Positions 1-11,070 are shown, counted from the stretch's first letter. The stretch is 64,000 nucleotides of DNA from Candidatus Latescibacterota bacterium (GCA_965203175.1 OZ241867.1:3808001-3872000); one strand, 5' to 3'. A program made the numbers and translations. Notes: a model not told the origin generated them from the letters alone.

Positions 1-371
1 TAGTGCCCGGCGAACAGATTGCGGCTGTCGAACGCGAGCTGCGACGCGCTGTGGAGCGGGCCGCTGAGCCGCCCTGCCGAGTAGCAGCGCCGTTGCAGAT
101 TGAACCTTGCGTAGTCGATGCCGAGCACGCGCTGCCCCAGGCATTTGCACAGGCTGTGCAAGCCGTGCGCCGCCGCTCTGCTAGTTACCGGCTCAGCTCT
201 GGCTTTACGGACTTGCACTACTTTGCGGTTGACGGCGGCCTGCCCGGCATTGGTTATGGCGTAAAGGGTGAGCGCGCGCACGGAGTGGATGAGCGCGTGC
301 GGGTGCGCGACTTGGCGTTGACAGCGCGCACGTACGCCGAGTTTATGCTGCGCGGTTTGGAGGTCCATTGA
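1..371 (+). CDS. M20/ArgE-DapE family metallopeptidase/deacylase, C-terminal part (5' truncated by window edge)
   Basis: C-terminal M20 signature SGFTDLHYF...GYGVKGERAHGVDERV (G-x-G...AH-x-x-DE); frame open to the window start. Confidence 0.75.
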   Translation, partial: VPGEQIAAVERELRRAVERAAEPPCRVAAPLQIEPCVVDAEHALPQAFAQAVQAVRRRSASYRLSSGFTDLHYFAVDGGLPGIGYGVKGERAHGVDERVRVRDLALTARTYAEFMLRGLEVH

Positions 372-1108
372 GCGAAAATTTGCGATGCTTCCTGTGGACG
401 GCGTACGACCGCTTGGGCGGGCTGGTGGGCTACAACTTGCTGTGGAGCGCGTTGAGTCTGCCCTGGATCGCAGGGGCGTACGCGCTTTTGCAAGTAGGGT
501 TTGGGCTGGGTGGCGTGGGTCTGGTGGGAGCTGCCGTCTTAGCCGGTACCCTGCTGTTGAGCGCACCGGCCACGGCCATGCTCTTTGCCGCTGGGGCCGC
601 TTGGGCGCGGGGCAGGGACTTTGGCCTGCGGGAGTTCTGGGCGGCTGGTCGCGCGCTTTTTTGGCGCGCCCTCGCGTTGGGATTGCTGATGGTTGCCGCT
701 GTCGCGCTGGTGCTGGCCAACGTGGTTTTTTATCAGCGGATCGGCGGCTGGCTGGGGGTGTTTTTGGGTGGGCTGATGGTCTGGTTCCTGCTGCTGGTGG
801 GCATGGTTGCGGTGTATGTCTTTCCGGTGCTGGTCACCCAAGAGGGATCGGTGTGGTCCACGCTGCGCTACAGTTTTCTCCTGTCGGTTGATAATGTAAA
901 ACTCTCGCTGGTTTTTCTGTTGACCGCAGGCTTGGCTTTGGGCCTTGGCGTCGCTTCTGGATTGGGGTTGTTCTGCGGCGGCTTGGCGGCTTGGTCTTTG
1001 TGGATCAGCGTCGGCTTTCGCGCGCTCTTGCCCAAGTACACGGGCCAGCCTCTGCCCCGCGAAGGTCCGCGCCGGCTGCGCGAACTGATCCGCCCCTGGG
1101 AGGCTTGA
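368..1108 (+). CDS. DUF624/YesL-like multi-pass membrane protein
   Basis: 246 aa, about 6 hydrophobic segments, N-terminal NLLWSALSLPW and SAPATAML pattern; TTG start overlaps the upstream stop. Confidence 0.6.
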   Translation: MSENLRCFLWTAYDRLGGLVGYNLLWSALSLPWIAGAYALLQVGFGLGGVGLVGAAVLAGTLLLSAPATAMLFAAGAAWARGRDFGLREFWAAGRALFWRALALGLLMVAAVALVLANVVFYQRIGGWLGVFLGGLMVWFLLLVGMVAVYVFPVLVTQEGSVWSTLRYSFLLSVDNVKLSLVFLLTAGLALGLGVASGLGLFCGGLAAWSLWISVGFRALLPKYTGQPLPREGPRRLRELIRPWEA

Positions 1109-1111
1109 GCA

Positions 1112-2674
1112 TTGGACTTGCCCAAACTGGTAACGGGACGAGAAATGGCTGCGGTTGATCAGCGCACGATCGCAGAGGCGGGTATTTCTAGCGCCGAACT
1201 TATAGAGCAGGCAGGTACAGAGGTGGTTGCGGCCATTGCAGCGCGCTGGGATGGCTTGGCTGGTTTGCAGGCTGTGGTCTTGTGCGGCAAAGGCAACAAT
1301 GGCGGCGACGGGTTTGCTGTAGCTCGGCTCTTGCGCGCTGGCGGTGGGTCGGCGCGCGTCTTCCTCGCGGCAGACCGCGCGGACGTGCAAGGAGCTGCGG
1401 CCGAGCACTTGCGTCGTTGCGAACAGGAGGGTGGGGCCGTCGAAGTGCTCGGTGAGGACTTGGCCCCGCTCGACGCTGCGATTCAGAAAGCCGACTTGGT
1501 GATTGACGCGCTTTTGGGGACTGGATTGCGCGGGGCACCCCGTCCCACTATGGCGCGCGTCATCGAGCGCATTGTCCATTGCGAAAGGCCGATAGTGGCC
1601 GTGGATATTCCCTCGGGGGTCGAGGCCGACACTGGGCAGGTCCACGGCGCGGCTGCTCAAGCGGTGCTGACAGTGACCTTTGGATTGGTCAAAGTCGGGC
1701 AGCTATTCTATCCCGGCCGGTCGCATTGCGGTGCGCTGCACTTGGCCAATATCGGTTTCCCTGAGTCTATGCTACGCGATGCGGTTGCCCAGGCTCTGTT
1801 GCTTTCCGCCGAGGGGCTGGGGCCGCTCGTGCCTCGGCGGCGCGGTGACGAGCACAAGGGAAGCTGTGGGACGGTGGCCGTGGTCGCAGGTTCGGTGGGC
1901 ATGACCGGCGCGGCCGCGCTGACGGCGGATGCCGCGCTCAGGAGCGGGGCGGGCCGCGTCCATCTAGGGGTACCCGCAAGTCTCAACGACATTCTCGAGG
2001 TCAAGCTCTCGGAGGTGATGACCCGGCCGTTGCCCGAAGTGCGCAAGCGGCGCTGTTTGTCGCTACGGGCTTTGGGTGCGGTGCTCACTATGTTGACGCG
2101 GGCCGATGTCTTGGCCTTGGGGCCGGGGTTGGGGCGCTATCGGGAGACTGAGGAGTTGGTGAGGCGGTTGGTGTTGCAAACTGAGTTGCCTCTCGTTTTG
2201 GATGCGGACGGGCTTAGTGCGTTTGCCGGACAGGCCGATGTGCTAAGGGGCCGCTCGGCACCGCTGGTTCTCACGCCCCATGTGGGCGAGTTCGCCCGCT
2301 TAAGCGGGTTGGACAAGCGGCAGATTACCGATGCGCCCATGGCCGTGGCCCGCGACTTTGCCGGCGAATTCGGCGCGACGCTCGTGTTGAAGGGAGCGCC
2401 GACTGTCGTGGCTTTGTCCGATGGGCGCGTGGCGGTCAACTCCACGGGCAATCCGGGCATGGCCACGGCCGGGTCGGGCGACGTGTTGACCGGGATCATT
2501 GCCGGGCTGATGGCCCAAGGGCTAGGTGCGGAGGCCGCGACCTGTCTCGGGGTCTATGTCCACGGCCGGGCTGGCGATCGGGCGGTTGAGAGGCTGGGAG
2601 AATGGGGGATGCGGGCGGGCGATATAGCCGACGAAATCGCCTTGGCCATAGTAGATGCGGCGCAGTCTGCTTGA
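1112..2674 (+). CDS. nnr: Bifunctional NAD(P)H-hydrate epimerase/dehydratase (YjeF)
   Basis: YjeF_N motifs LCGKGNNGGDG, DALLGTG, AVDIPSG; carbohydrate-kinase-like motifs HKGSCG, GPGLG, LDADGL, LTPHVGEF, LKGAPT, GMATAGSGDVLTG. Confidence 0.95.
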   Translation: MDLPKLVTGREMAAVDQRTIAEAGISSAELIEQAGTEVVAAIAARWDGLAGLQAVVLCGKGNNGGDGFAVARLLRAGGGSARVFLAADRADVQGAAAEHLRRCEQEGGAVEVLGEDLAPLDAAIQKADLVIDALLGTGLRGAPRPTMARVIERIVHCERPIVAVDIPSGVEADTGQVHGAAAQAVLTVTFGLVKVGQLFYPGRSHCGALHLANIGFPESMLRDAVAQALLLSAEGLGPLVPRRRGDEHKGSCGTVAVVAGSVGMTGAAALTADAALRSGAGRVHLGVPASLNDILEVKLSEVMTRPLPEVRKRRCLSLRALGAVLTMLTRADVLALGPGLGRYRETEELVRRLVLQTELPLVLDADGLSAFAGQADVLRGRSAPLVLTPHVGEFARLSGLDKRQITDAPMAVARDFAGEFGATLVLKGAPTVVALSDGRVAVNSTGNPGMATAGSGDVLTGIIAGLMAQGLGAEAATCLGVYVHGRAGDRAVERLGEWGMRAGDIADEIALAIVDAAQSA

Positions 2675-2699
2675 CATGTTTGAAGCGATGCTTTAATCT
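2671..2699 (+). promoter_or_regulatory. Putative sigma70 promoter TTGACA-N17-TAATCT upstream of the 2783 ORF
   Basis: TTGACA at 2671-2676 (overlapping the nnr stop) and TAATCT at 2694-2699, 17-nt spacer. Confidence 0.55.
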
Positions 2700-2782
2700 G
2701 GAAATGGAAGTGGAAACGGAGTGCCGGTGCGGGGTGCTTCTTGGTTTTTCATTTAATTAACAGGATTTACAGGGCTTGCGTT

Positions 2783-3277
2783 ATGGCCGATGTCAAAGAC
2801 GCCATTGAAGAAATGATCGAAGAGTCCTACTTGCTGGGGCTTTCGGAAGAGGAAATTCTCGCTGATTTTAGCCGCTTTATCGATACCTGTTATACCGTTA
2901 TTCAGGACAACGTAAAAAGCCGCGAAGCGCTCAGTCGCTTGGCCGAAAATTTGGCGCGCGAGAAGACCAGTACTCGCATCGCCGACCACTCCACTGATAT
3001 AGGAAAAGTCGCGGCCAAGGACGCCCAGCGGGCCTGCGCTGAAAAAGCGGCGCGCCGCAAGCGCATGGTCTTAAAAGCCATTGCCGACTACGACCCCCAC
3101 CTCGTCCGCCTCATCAACGAGCAGCGCTTTCAGGTAGATCTCCAGGAAGAAGTGGCGCGCCCCAAGTTCAAGGTCCATCGGGACCACGATTGGGAGCGCT
3201 ATGGCCAGTTCTTGCTCAAGGTCGGCTGCATCACTGTGGTCGCGCTCATCCTATTCCTCATTTACCTAAGGCTTTAG
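2783..3277 (+). CDS. Hypothetical helical protein with a C-terminal membrane anchor
   Basis: ATG at 2783 preferred over TTG at 2741; charged helical body, hydrophobic C-terminus VGCITVVALILFLIYLRL. Confidence 0.6.
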   Translation: MADVKDAIEEMIEESYLLGLSEEEILADFSRFIDTCYTVIQDNVKSREALSRLAENLAREKTSTRIADHSTDIGKVAAKDAQRACAEKAARRKRMVLKAIADYDPHLVRLINEQRFQVDLQEEVARPKFKVHRDHDWERYGQFLLKVGCITVVALILFLIYLRL

Positions 3278-3487
3278 GACAGTACGAGTTGATCAAAACG
3301 TGCAGTCTAGGCCTCTTCATCGAGTCGTTCGCACAAGGTCCGCGGAAAGGTTGGTTTGGATGGAGATCAGGCCGGTGCGCACTCCCTGGAGTGGGACGCG
3401 TACTCGGGCCACTCGCAGTCCCATGTAGTAACCACTCGCCCTGTTGTGCCGCCATTCGTCCGCGTCTTTCACATTCGCTAGAACTTC

Positions 3488-6400
3488 ATGCCCAAACGCA
3501 CAGATATTGAAAAAATAATGCTCATCGGCTCTGGCCCCATCGTCATTGGCCAAGCCTGCGAGTTTGATTACTCGGGAACGCAAGCCTGTAAGGCACTGGC
3601 CGAAGAAGGCTACGACATCGTCTTGGTCAACAGCAATCCGGCCACGATTATGACCGATCCAGAGGTGGCCCATCGGACTTATATCGAGCCGATTACGCCG
3701 GAGATTTGCGCGCGGATCATCGCCGAGGAAAAGCCGCAGGCCCTCCTGCCGACGCTTGGCGGCCAAACCGCACTCAATACAGCGGTGGCCTTAGCCGAAA
3801 GCGGAGCCCTCGCCGAGCACAATGTCGAGATGATTGGCGCTCCACTCAATGCCATCAAGATGGCCGAAGACCGCGAACTCTTCAAAGCCGCCATGGATCG
3901 GGCTGGGTTGGACATGCCTCGTGGAGCCTTCGTCCACAGCTTTGAAGAGGCGCAAAAGCACCGTGCCGACTTGGGCTTCCCGACGATCATCCGCCCCGCT
4001 TTTACGCTAGGAGGCTCTGGCGGCGGCGTAGCGTACAACGCCGAGGAATTCGAGCGGATCGTGCGCCACGGGCTCGACCTGAGTCCAATCGACGAGGTGT
4101 TGATCGAGGAATCGGTGCTCGGGTGGAAGGAATTCGAGCTGGAGGTCATGCGCGATCACCGCGACAACGTGGTCATCATCTGCTCGATTGAAAACTTCGA
4201 CCCCATGGGGATCCACACCGGCGACAGCATCACGGTCGCGCCAGCGCAGACTTTGTCCGACAAGGAATATCAACACATGCGCGACGCGGCCATCCGCATC
4301 ATGCGCGAGATCGGCGTAGATACCGGCGGGTCCAATATCCAGTTCGCGGTCAATCCCACCGACGGCCGCATGGTAGTAATCGAGATGAACCCCCGGGTCT
4401 CGCGCTCTTCGGCGCTGGCGTCCAAAGCAACGGGCTTTCCCATTGCCAAGATCGCCGCCAAACTGGCCGTGGGCTACAGTCTGGACGAAATTCGCAACGA
4501 CATCACCCGCGAGACCCCGGCGTCTTTTGAGCCGACCATCGACTACGTAGTGACCAAAATTCCGCGCTTTACCTTTGAGAAATTTCCCAGCACGCCGGAC
4601 GCACTCGACACCCAGATGCGCTCGGTGGGAGAGACTATGGCCATTGGCCGCACCTTTAAGGAGTCGCTGCAAAAGGGCCTGCGCTCGCTGGAGGTTGGCC
4701 GCGCGGGTTTTGGGGCCGACGGCAAGGACCTCAGCGCGGCCGAGGTGGCCGACGAGGAACTGCGCGAGAAATTGATGCGTCCCAACTCCCAGCGCATGTT
4801 CTACCTCAAGCTGGCCATCGCCAAAGGCTATACTCACGACGAACTCTATGGCCTCACGGGTATTGATCCGTGGTTTCTCGATCAGCTCTACCAACTTTTT
4901 GAACTCGAACAGCAGCTAGCGCGCGAAGACGTACTCGCCGATGTCGCCTTGTTGCGCCGCGCCAAGGAGTGGGGATTTAGCGATCGCCAGCTAGCGCATC
5001 TCAATGGCTGCGACGAGGCGGGTGTCCGTCGGTGTCGCCTCGAGTTGGACATTCGCCCGGTGTACAAAACAGTCGATACTTGCGCCGCTGAGTTCGAAGC
5101 CCACACGCCGTACCACTACTCGACGTACGACCGCGAGGACGAAGTGCAGCGCTCGACGCGCAAGAAGATCGCCATCCTCGGCGGAGGGCCGAACCGCATC
5201 GGCCAGGGAATTGAGTTCGATTACTGCTGCGTCCACGCGTGTTTTGCGCTGCGCGAAATCGGCTATGAGACCATCATGGTCAACTCCAATCCCGAGACGG
5301 TCAGCACGGATTACGACACGGCCGACAAGCTCTACTTCGAGCCGCTGACGATCGAAGACGTGCTGCACATCGTCGAGCGCGAAGCCCCAGACGGCGTCAT
5401 CGTGCAGTTCGGAGGGCAGACTCCGCTGAACTTGGCGGCCGAACTAGCGCGCGAGGGCGTGCCCATCATCGGCACCTCGCCTAGCAGTATTGACTTGGCC
5501 GAAGATCGCGAGCGCTTCGGCCAGTTGTTGAGCGAGTTGGGCATCCGCCAGCCGGAGAATGGCATGGCTTCCAGTTGTGACGAGGCGTGCGCGATTGCCG
5601 AGCAGATTGGCTTCCCAGTCTTGGTGCGGCCCTCTTATGTGCTTGGCGGGCGGGCCATGGTCGTCGCCTACGATGTCCAGGGTCTCGAAACCTACATCAA
5701 CGAAGCCATTGAGGTCGCGCCCGAGCGGCCCGTGCTCATCGACCGCTACTTGCAAGGCGCGGAGGAATTCGACGTGGATGCCGTGGCCGACGGGACGGAC
5801 GTGGTAGTCGGCGGAATCATGCAGCACATCGAGCACGCTGGCGTGCATTCGGGCGACAGCGCCTGCGCCTTGCCGCCCTACGACACGCCGGCCAGGCATA
5901 TTGAGGCCATGCGCGAGTACACCCACGCATTGGCGCGCTCGCTCGGCGTGGTTGGCTTGATGAACGTGCAATACGCCGTCTATCAAGGCGAGGTCTATGC
6001 GATTGAAGTAAACCCCCGGGCTTCGCGCACCGTGCCTTTTGTCAGCAAGGCCATTGGCCGCCCGCTGGCCAAGATCGCCGCGCTAGCTATGGTGGGGATG
6101 AGCTTGCGCGAGCAGGGCTTTACCGAGGAGGTCGCGCCCGCGCACATATCCGTCAAGGAGGCCGTGTTGCCCTTTATAAAATTCCCTGGGGCCGATAGCC
6201 TGCTGGGGCCGGAGATGAAGTCCACGGGCGAGGTCATGGGAATTGGCCACGACTTTGGCACGGCTTTCCTCAAGGCGCAGATGGGGGCGGGTTCGCTGCT
6301 GCCTTCGCGCGGCCGGGTCTTTATCAGCGTGGCCGATTGCGATAAAGAGGAGGTCTTGCCGGTGGCGCGCCGGCTGCGCGCGGCCGGGTTCGAGTTAGTG

Positions 6401-6706
6401 GCCACACAGGGCACGCGCGACTTCCTCGGCAAGCACGACATCGCTGCGGAGCGGGTGCACAAAATTCACGAGGGCAGCCCGCACGTCGAAGACGCGATTC
6501 GCAGCCGCCAGATTGATCTGATTATCAACACCCCTCTCGACGAACCTTCTTACCACGACGACTTCGCGGTGCGTCGAGCCGCAGTCGTAACCGGCGTGCC
6601 CTATACCACTACAATGGCCGGGGCTCGGGCTGCAGCTGCGGGTATTGAGGCGCTGCAACGCGCCGAACTGGGCGTGCAATCCCTGCAGGATTACCATCGG
6701 AGCTAG
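3488..6706 (+). CDS. carB: Carbamoyl-phosphate synthase large subunit
   Basis: [34 protein letters not shown], two ATP-grasp halves, [29 protein letters not shown]-terminal MGS domain; 1072 aa. Confidence 0.99.
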   Translation: MPKRTDIEKIMLIGSGPIVIGQACEFDYSGTQACKALAEEGYDIVLVNSNPATIMTDPEVAHRTYIEPITPEICARIIAEEKPQALLPTLGGQTALNTAVALAESGALAEHNVEMIGAPLNAIKMAEDRELFKAAMDRAGLDMPRGAFVHSFEEAQKHRADLGFPTIIRPAFTLGGSGGGVAYNAEEFERIVRHGLDLSPIDEVLIEESVLGWKEFELEVMRDHRDNVVIICSIENFDPMGIHTGDSITVAPAQTLSDKEYQHMRDAAIRIMREIGVDTGGSNIQFAVNPTDGRMVVIEMNPRVSRSSALASKATGFPIAKIAAKLAVGYSLDEIRNDITRETPASFEPTIDYVVTKIPRFTFEKFPSTPDALDTQMRSVGETMAIGRTFKESLQKGLRSLEVGRAGFGADGKDLSAAEVADEELREKLMRPNSQRMFYLKLAIAKGYTHDELYGLTGIDPWFLDQLYQLFELEQQLAREDVLADVALLRRAKEWGFSDRQLAHLNGCDEAGVRRCRLELDIRPVYKTVDTCAAEFEAHTPYHYSTYDREDEVQRSTRKKIAILGGGPNRIGQGIEFDYCCVHACFALREIGYETIMVNSNPETVSTDYDTADKLYFEPLTIEDVLHIVEREAPDGVIVQFGGQTPLNLAAELAREGVPIIGTSPSSIDLAEDRERFGQLLSELGIRQPENGMASSCDEACAIAEQIGFPVLVRPSYVLGGRAMVVAYDVQGLETYINEAIEVAPERPVLIDRYLQGAEEFDVDAVADGTDVVVGGIMQHIEHAGVHSGDSACALPPYDTPARHIEAMREYTHALARSLGVVGLMNVQYAVYQGEVYAIEVNPRASRTVPFVSKAIGRPLAKIAALAMVGMSLREQGFTEEVAPAHISVKEAVLPFIKFPGADSLLGPEMKSTGEVMGIGHDFGTAFLKAQMGAGSLLPSRGRVFISVADCDKEEVLPVARRLRAAGFELVATQGTRDFLGKHDIAAERVHKIHEGSPHVEDAIRSRQIDLIINTPLDEPSYHDDFAVRRAAVVTGVPYTTTMAGARAAAAGIEALQRAELGVQSLQDYHRS

Positions 6707-6716
6707 GAGACAGCTC

Positions 6717-9353
6717 GTGCGAACCGCGCCCACCGGCCGCTTGGCCTCGGTGCTGTTGCTGGCTTGTTGTCTGGCGATTTCGGCCTGCGTCTATTTCAAT
6801 ACGTTTTACAACGCCAAAAAATCCTTCCGCGAGGCCGAGAAAGAACGGCGCAAACACGAAGAGACCTACGCCGACTGGGCCTTTGACCGGGCTGGCCCCG
6901 AATTGCAGCAGCAGCGCTCGCAGCAGGCCGACCAACTCTACGACAAAGCAGTGCGCAAGGCGTCCAAGGTGCTCGACAAATACAAGGAGAGCGACTTGGT
7001 TGACGACGCCATGTTCCTGATCGGCCAAGCGTATTACTGGCGCGGCGAATACCTCAATGCCCAAGAGTCGTTCCGCGACTTGGAGACCTTTTTCCCTGCT
7101 AGTCCGTACTTTGATCAATCCCGCTACTGGCGCGCCCGCTGTCTAGAGGAGCAGCGGATTGACGACCAAGCGCAGTCGCTCTACCGAGTACTTTTTGACG
7201 AGGCCGAAGAAAAGATCGCCGTCCAAGCGGGCCTGCACTTGGCCGAGATGGCGCACGACCGCGAGGACTACGTCGCGGCCATGCGGGAATATCGGGCGAC
7301 GCTGGAGGCCTTTCCCAAAAGCGCGGTGCGCGCCCAGTTGTGGTTGCGCTTGGGCGAGGCGCTGATGGCCTTAGAGGATCCGGCTCGCCTAAACGAGGCG
7401 CTAGCGGCCTTCGACGAGGCGCTGCAGGCCAACCCAAGTGACGATGAAAAATACCGCGCCCAGCTTAACAGCGGCCGCGCGCGCTACGCCATGGGCGCGG
7501 AGGACGAAGCCCTAGACATATACGTCAGCCTACTCGACGAGGGTCGCTTCCGCCGCTTTGAGGGACGCACCCGGCTCCTAATTGGCGAGTGGTATCAGGG
7601 CCGCCGCTTGCTCAATGAGGCCTTGGCCGAGTACGAGCAGGTCCGCAACGACTTTCCCCAAACGCCCTCTGCGGCCATGGCCTTGTATCGCATCGGCTTG
7701 CTGCGCCTACAAGAATACGGGGATACCGAGCTGGCGCGCGAGTACCTTGAGGAGAGCAGCCGCGAGAGCCCAGGAGCACAGGGCGTGCTTTTGGCACAGG
7801 AGATGCTAGGGCACATGCACCGGCTGGAGCAGATCCAGCGCCAGATCCACCGCGCTGATTCGCTCTACGCCGACTCGCTGGGCGCGGTGCAGGGGCCGCT
7901 GTTGTGGCAGGCAGAGGAAGCTCCGGCCGATACGGTAGTGGTGGCGCAGAGTTTGGATGTGCTGGACGACCTGTTCAGCGCGTGCGAACTCTATCGCCAC
8001 GAGATCGGCCAAGCCGATTCGGCTCGCGCATATTACGAGGAGGTTCTCCGCCGCTTTCCCGACAGCGACCAATTGCCTCGCGCCGTGTACAGTCTCGCTT
8101 GGATCGAGCTGCAATTGCGCGGCGACGCAGAGGGCGCTAGGCCCTATTTGCTGCGGTTGATCGAAGAATTTCCAACCTCGGCTCACGCCAACGAGGCTCG
8201 TCACCTGCTGGGGCAAAAGGCCGAGGCCACAGCCGAAGAGCTAGGGGCGCGCGAGTTTGCGCGGATCGAGACATTGCGCCTAGCGCAACCCGAAGCCACG
8301 GAAGCGTACATCCCCCTGTTGGACAGTTTGAGCCACGCCTTCGTCGGAACTCAGAGTGGGGCCCAAGCGGCGTTTTTAGCGGCCAACACCTACGAGAATG
8401 TCGTCGGCGATACGACTGCAGCCGAGCAGCGCTATCAATTGTTGCGCGAAGAGTTCGCCGAGACGCGATTTGGCAAGCTGGCCCAGCAGCGGTGGGAAGC
8501 GCGCGAGGAAAGGCTCATCGACAAGTTAGAGCGCAGCCTGAAGGCGGTCGGCGGCCAGCTCGGTGCGGGGGAGCATATCAAACTGCTCGCCTTGGAACCA
8601 GACACGCTCGACTCCGTGTCCTTGGCGCGCAAATACATCGGCTTTGCCGAGCGCGCGCAGCGGCACGGCGACGTTGCGCTAGCCCGCGATTTTTACGAGC
8701 GCAGCATCGACCAGCAGGTCGCTAACCCGCGCGCCCTGTATCAACTCGGCAACATCAACTGGGAGGAGGGCTATTTCAACGATGCTGTCGAGTTCTACCG
8801 TCAGGCTCTGTCTTTTGACAAGAGGAACCTCAACCTTTACTACCGGCTCTGGCGCGCCTTTACCGAGCAGGGCGTAGAGGATTCGGCCAATTACTACCTG
8901 CGGGAGGTTGCACGGCGCGATCGGAACAGCGCGCAAATTCGCTTCCTAGTGGAGAAGTACCCGGATTTTCAGGGAGGCCAAGACCGCGAGGATTTGGACC
9001 TAGAAGCGATGATCGAGCTCGACTTATCAATTCCTCCTGACGAACTGGGGTGGAAGGAGGGGGATCTAGCGCTGAGCGATTGGCCGTTGGTGCGGCAGGT
9101 GGTGCGGCCAGTCTATCCGGCGGCGGCTGAGGATTCGGCCGAGGTGTTGCTCGACGTGCTGATTGACCGCGAGGGACGGCCCGAGCAAGTGGAGGTCTTT
9201 CGCGGAGATCCCCCTTTTGTCGATAACGCAGTAACTGCGGCGTATGGCTATAGATTCTATCCCGCAGTGCGCCGCAACGGCGAGGAGATCAAGTCTTGGG
9301 TCGAGTTGGCCGTGCCGTTTGGCCTGCCGCAAGAAGAAGGGGAAGAGCCGTGA
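6717..9353 (+). CDS. TPR-repeat lipoprotein with C-terminal TonB_C-like domain
   Basis: GTG at 6717 behind AGGAG; lipobox LAISA-C followed by VYFNTFYNAKK; many TPR helices; C-terminal RPVYP...VLIDREG...RFYPAVRRNG...WVELAVPF. Confidence 0.8.
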   Translation: MRTAPTGRLASVLLLACCLAISACVYFNTFYNAKKSFREAEKERRKHEETYADWAFDRAGPELQQQRSQQADQLYDKAVRKASKVLDKYKESDLVDDAMFLIGQAYYWRGEYLNAQESFRDLETFFPASPYFDQSRYWRARCLEEQRIDDQAQSLYRVLFDEAEEKIAVQAGLHLAEMAHDREDYVAAMREYRATLEAFPKSAVRAQLWLRLGEALMALEDPARLNEALAAFDEALQANPSDDEKYRAQLNSGRARYAMGAEDEALDIYVSLLDEGRFRRFEGRTRLLIGEWYQGRRLLNEALAEYEQVRNDFPQTPSAAMALYRIGLLRLQEYGDTELAREYLEESSRESPGAQGVLLAQEMLGHMHRLEQIQRQIHRADSLYADSLGAVQGPLLWQAEEAPADTVVVAQSLDVLDDLFSACELYRHEIGQADSARAYYEEVLRRFPDSDQLPRAVYSLAWIELQLRGDAEGARPYLLRLIEEFPTSAHANEARHLLGQKAEATAEELGAREFARIETLRLAQPEATEAYIPLLDSLSHAFVGTQSGAQAAFLAANTYENVVGDTTAAEQRYQLLREEFAETRFGKLAQQRWEAREERLIDKLERSLKAVGGQLGAGEHIKLLALEPDTLDSVSLARKYIGFAERAQRHGDVALARDFYERSIDQQVANPRALYQLGNINWEEGYFNDAVEFYRQALSFDKRNLNLYYRLWRAFTEQGVEDSANYYLREVARRDRNSAQIRFLVEKYPDFQGGQDREDLDLEAMIELDLSIPPDELGWKEGDLALSDWPLVRQVVRPVYPAAAEDSAEVLLDVLIDREGRPEQVEVFRGDPPFVDNAVTAAYGYRFYPAVRRNGEEIKSWVELAVPFGLPQEEGEEP

Positions 9354-10168
9354 TTGACGAGCAAGCGCGCCTGTTGAGAAACCGCGAAGTCGCCGCGGAC
9401 TTCTACTTGGCGCGCCTTAACGCGCCCTACATTGCAGCGCGGATCGAGCCAGGTCAGTTCGTCAACATCCAGGTTGGCACAGGGGTCGATCCTTTGTTGC
9501 GCATCCCGCTGAGCGTGAGCGGCGTCGGTCAAAATCGCCATAGGGGTATTATCGAGGTATTGTACGAGGTGGTCGGGCCTAAGACCCGGGCGCTGAGCCA
9601 GTTTGAGCCGGATATCATTCTGCCGACCCTCGGTCCGCTGGGCAAGAGGTTCGTGCTGCCGCCCAAGGACACGCACGTCGTACTAGTCGGAGGTGGCATT
9701 GGTGTGCCGCCGTTGCTGTACTGGGGATTGGAGCTGAGGCAGCGTGAGTACCAAACTGCGCTGTTGGTCGGGGCGCGAACCGCGGACAAACACCTGCCCA
9801 GCGAGTTGCTTACACCGGCTGCGAACGCAGTGCGCCTTGCTACCGACGACGGCAGCCTCGGGCACTCGGGCTTGGTCACCGATCTGTTGCAGCGTGAGCT
9901 AACTGAAAAAGGGCAGTGCGCGGTCTATTGCTGCGGCCCGCACGGGATGATGCAGGCCGTGGCCGCCATGTGCATAGAGGCCCAAGTTCCGTGCCAGGTT
10001 TCTCTCGAAGAGTACATGGCTTGCGGCATTGGCATCTGCGTGGGCTGCGCCGTCGAGTTGGCGACGGCAAAAGGCGACACGGACTACGGCCGCTACGCCC
10101 GCGTCTGCGTGGATGGGCCGGCGTTCGACGCGCGGCAGATAAAATGGGGCAACGCATGGCCGACCTGA
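9350..10168 (+). CDS. pyrK: Dihydroorotate dehydrogenase B electron transfer subunit
   Basis: PGQFV, LRIPLS, GPLG, VGGGIGVPPL, CCGPHGM, [2Fe-2S] motif MACGIGICVGC...VCVDGP; GTG start overlaps the upstream TGA. Confidence 0.93.
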   Translation: MIDEQARLLRNREVAADFYLARLNAPYIAARIEPGQFVNIQVGTGVDPLLRIPLSVSGVGQNRHRGIIEVLYEVVGPKTRALSQFEPDIILPTLGPLGKRFVLPPKDTHVVLVGGGIGVPPLLYWGLELRQREYQTALLVGARTADKHLPSELLTPAANAVRLATDDGSLGHSGLVTDLLQRELTEKGQCAVYCCGPHGMMQAVAAMCIEAQVPCQVSLEEYMACGIGICVGCAVELATAKGDTDYGRYARVCVDGPAFDARQIKWGNAWPT

Positions 10169-11070
10169 GCATAGACTTTGCCGGCGTGCAACTGCGCAAC
10201 CCAGTGCTGCTGGCTTCGGGCACCTGCAACTACGGTCAGGAGCTTTTGCCGCTGACTGATTTTGCGCGCTTGGGTGGGCTGGTCACCAAGACTATTACTC
10301 CGCAGCCGCGAGGCGGCAACCCCCCTCAGCGCATCGTCGAGACACCGGCCGGAATGCTCAATTCTATTGGCTTGCAAAACCCTGGGCTGGAGGCTTTTGT
10401 CGAGAAGCAATGGCCCTTGTTGGCCAGTTTGGACGCGCAGGTGGTGGTAAATATCGCCGGATTCGCGGTCGAGGAATTCGGGCAGATGGCGGCGAGCCTC
10501 GAAGCGTTGGCAGGCATTGCTGCGCTCGAAGTCAATATATCCTGTCCTAATGTCGAGGCCGGAGGCGACAATTTCGCCACTCGGCCTCAGACCGCGGCCG
10601 CAGCCATTGCCGCGGTCCGCAGCCGCACTCAGCGGCCGGTCATCGCCAAGCTGACGCCCAATGTCACAGATATTGCCGAAATCGCCCGCGCCGTAGTGGA
10701 TGCGGGTGCGGATGCAGTCTCGCTGATCAATACGCTCGTTGGCATGGCCATTGACGTGGAGCGGCGGCGGCCCGTCTTGGGCGGTATTACCGGTGGCTTG
10801 TCCGGTCCGGCGATCAAGCCCGTGGCTCTCGCCATGGTGTGGAAGGTAGCCCAAGCTGTTGCCGTACCCGTCATGGGCATCGGCGGTATCACCACTGCGA
10901 GCGACGTCCTAGAATTTATGGTTGCCGGTGCTTCTGCCGTCCAAGTCGGCACGGCCAGTTTCGCCAATCCCAACGCCGGCGTCGAAATCGTCGAGGGTCT
11001 CCACGCCTATTGCGACGAACGCGGCATTGACCGGATCGCCTCGCTGGTGGGCAGCTTGCGTGTTAGCTGA
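10156..11070 (+). CDS. pyrD: Dihydroorotate dehydrogenase (NAD+), class 1B catalytic subunit
   Basis: NPVLLASGT, GMLNSIGLQNPG, EVNISCPN, AKLTPNVT, INT, GGLSGPAIKP, GIGGI; ATG at 10156. Confidence 0.97.
   Translation: MADLSIDFAGVQLRNPVLLASGTCNYGQELLPLTDFARLGGLVTKTITPQPRGGNPPQRIVETPAGMLNSIGLQNPGLEAFVEKQWPLLASLDAQVVVNIAGFAVEEFGQMAASLEALAGIAALEVNISCPNVEAGGDNFATRPQTAAAAIAAVRSRTQRPVIAKLTPNVTDIAEIARAVVDAGADAVSLINTLVGMAIDVERRRPVLGGITGGLSGPAIKPVALAMVWKVAQAVAVPVMGIGGITTASDVLEFMVAGASAVQVGTASFANPNAGVEIVEGLHAYCDERGIDRIASLVGSLRVS

Noticed and set aside
539-1660. 373-aa antisense ORF; similar shadow ORFs at 4007-4894, 17892-18869, 32675-33640 and 35333-36472
   Set aside because: All overlap confidently assigned genes and lack recognisable domains.
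3278-3487. PyrR-type attenuator or riboswitch upstream of carB
   Set aside because: Only a short CACTCC/GGAGTG hairpin; no PyrR-binding consensus and no terminator U-tract.
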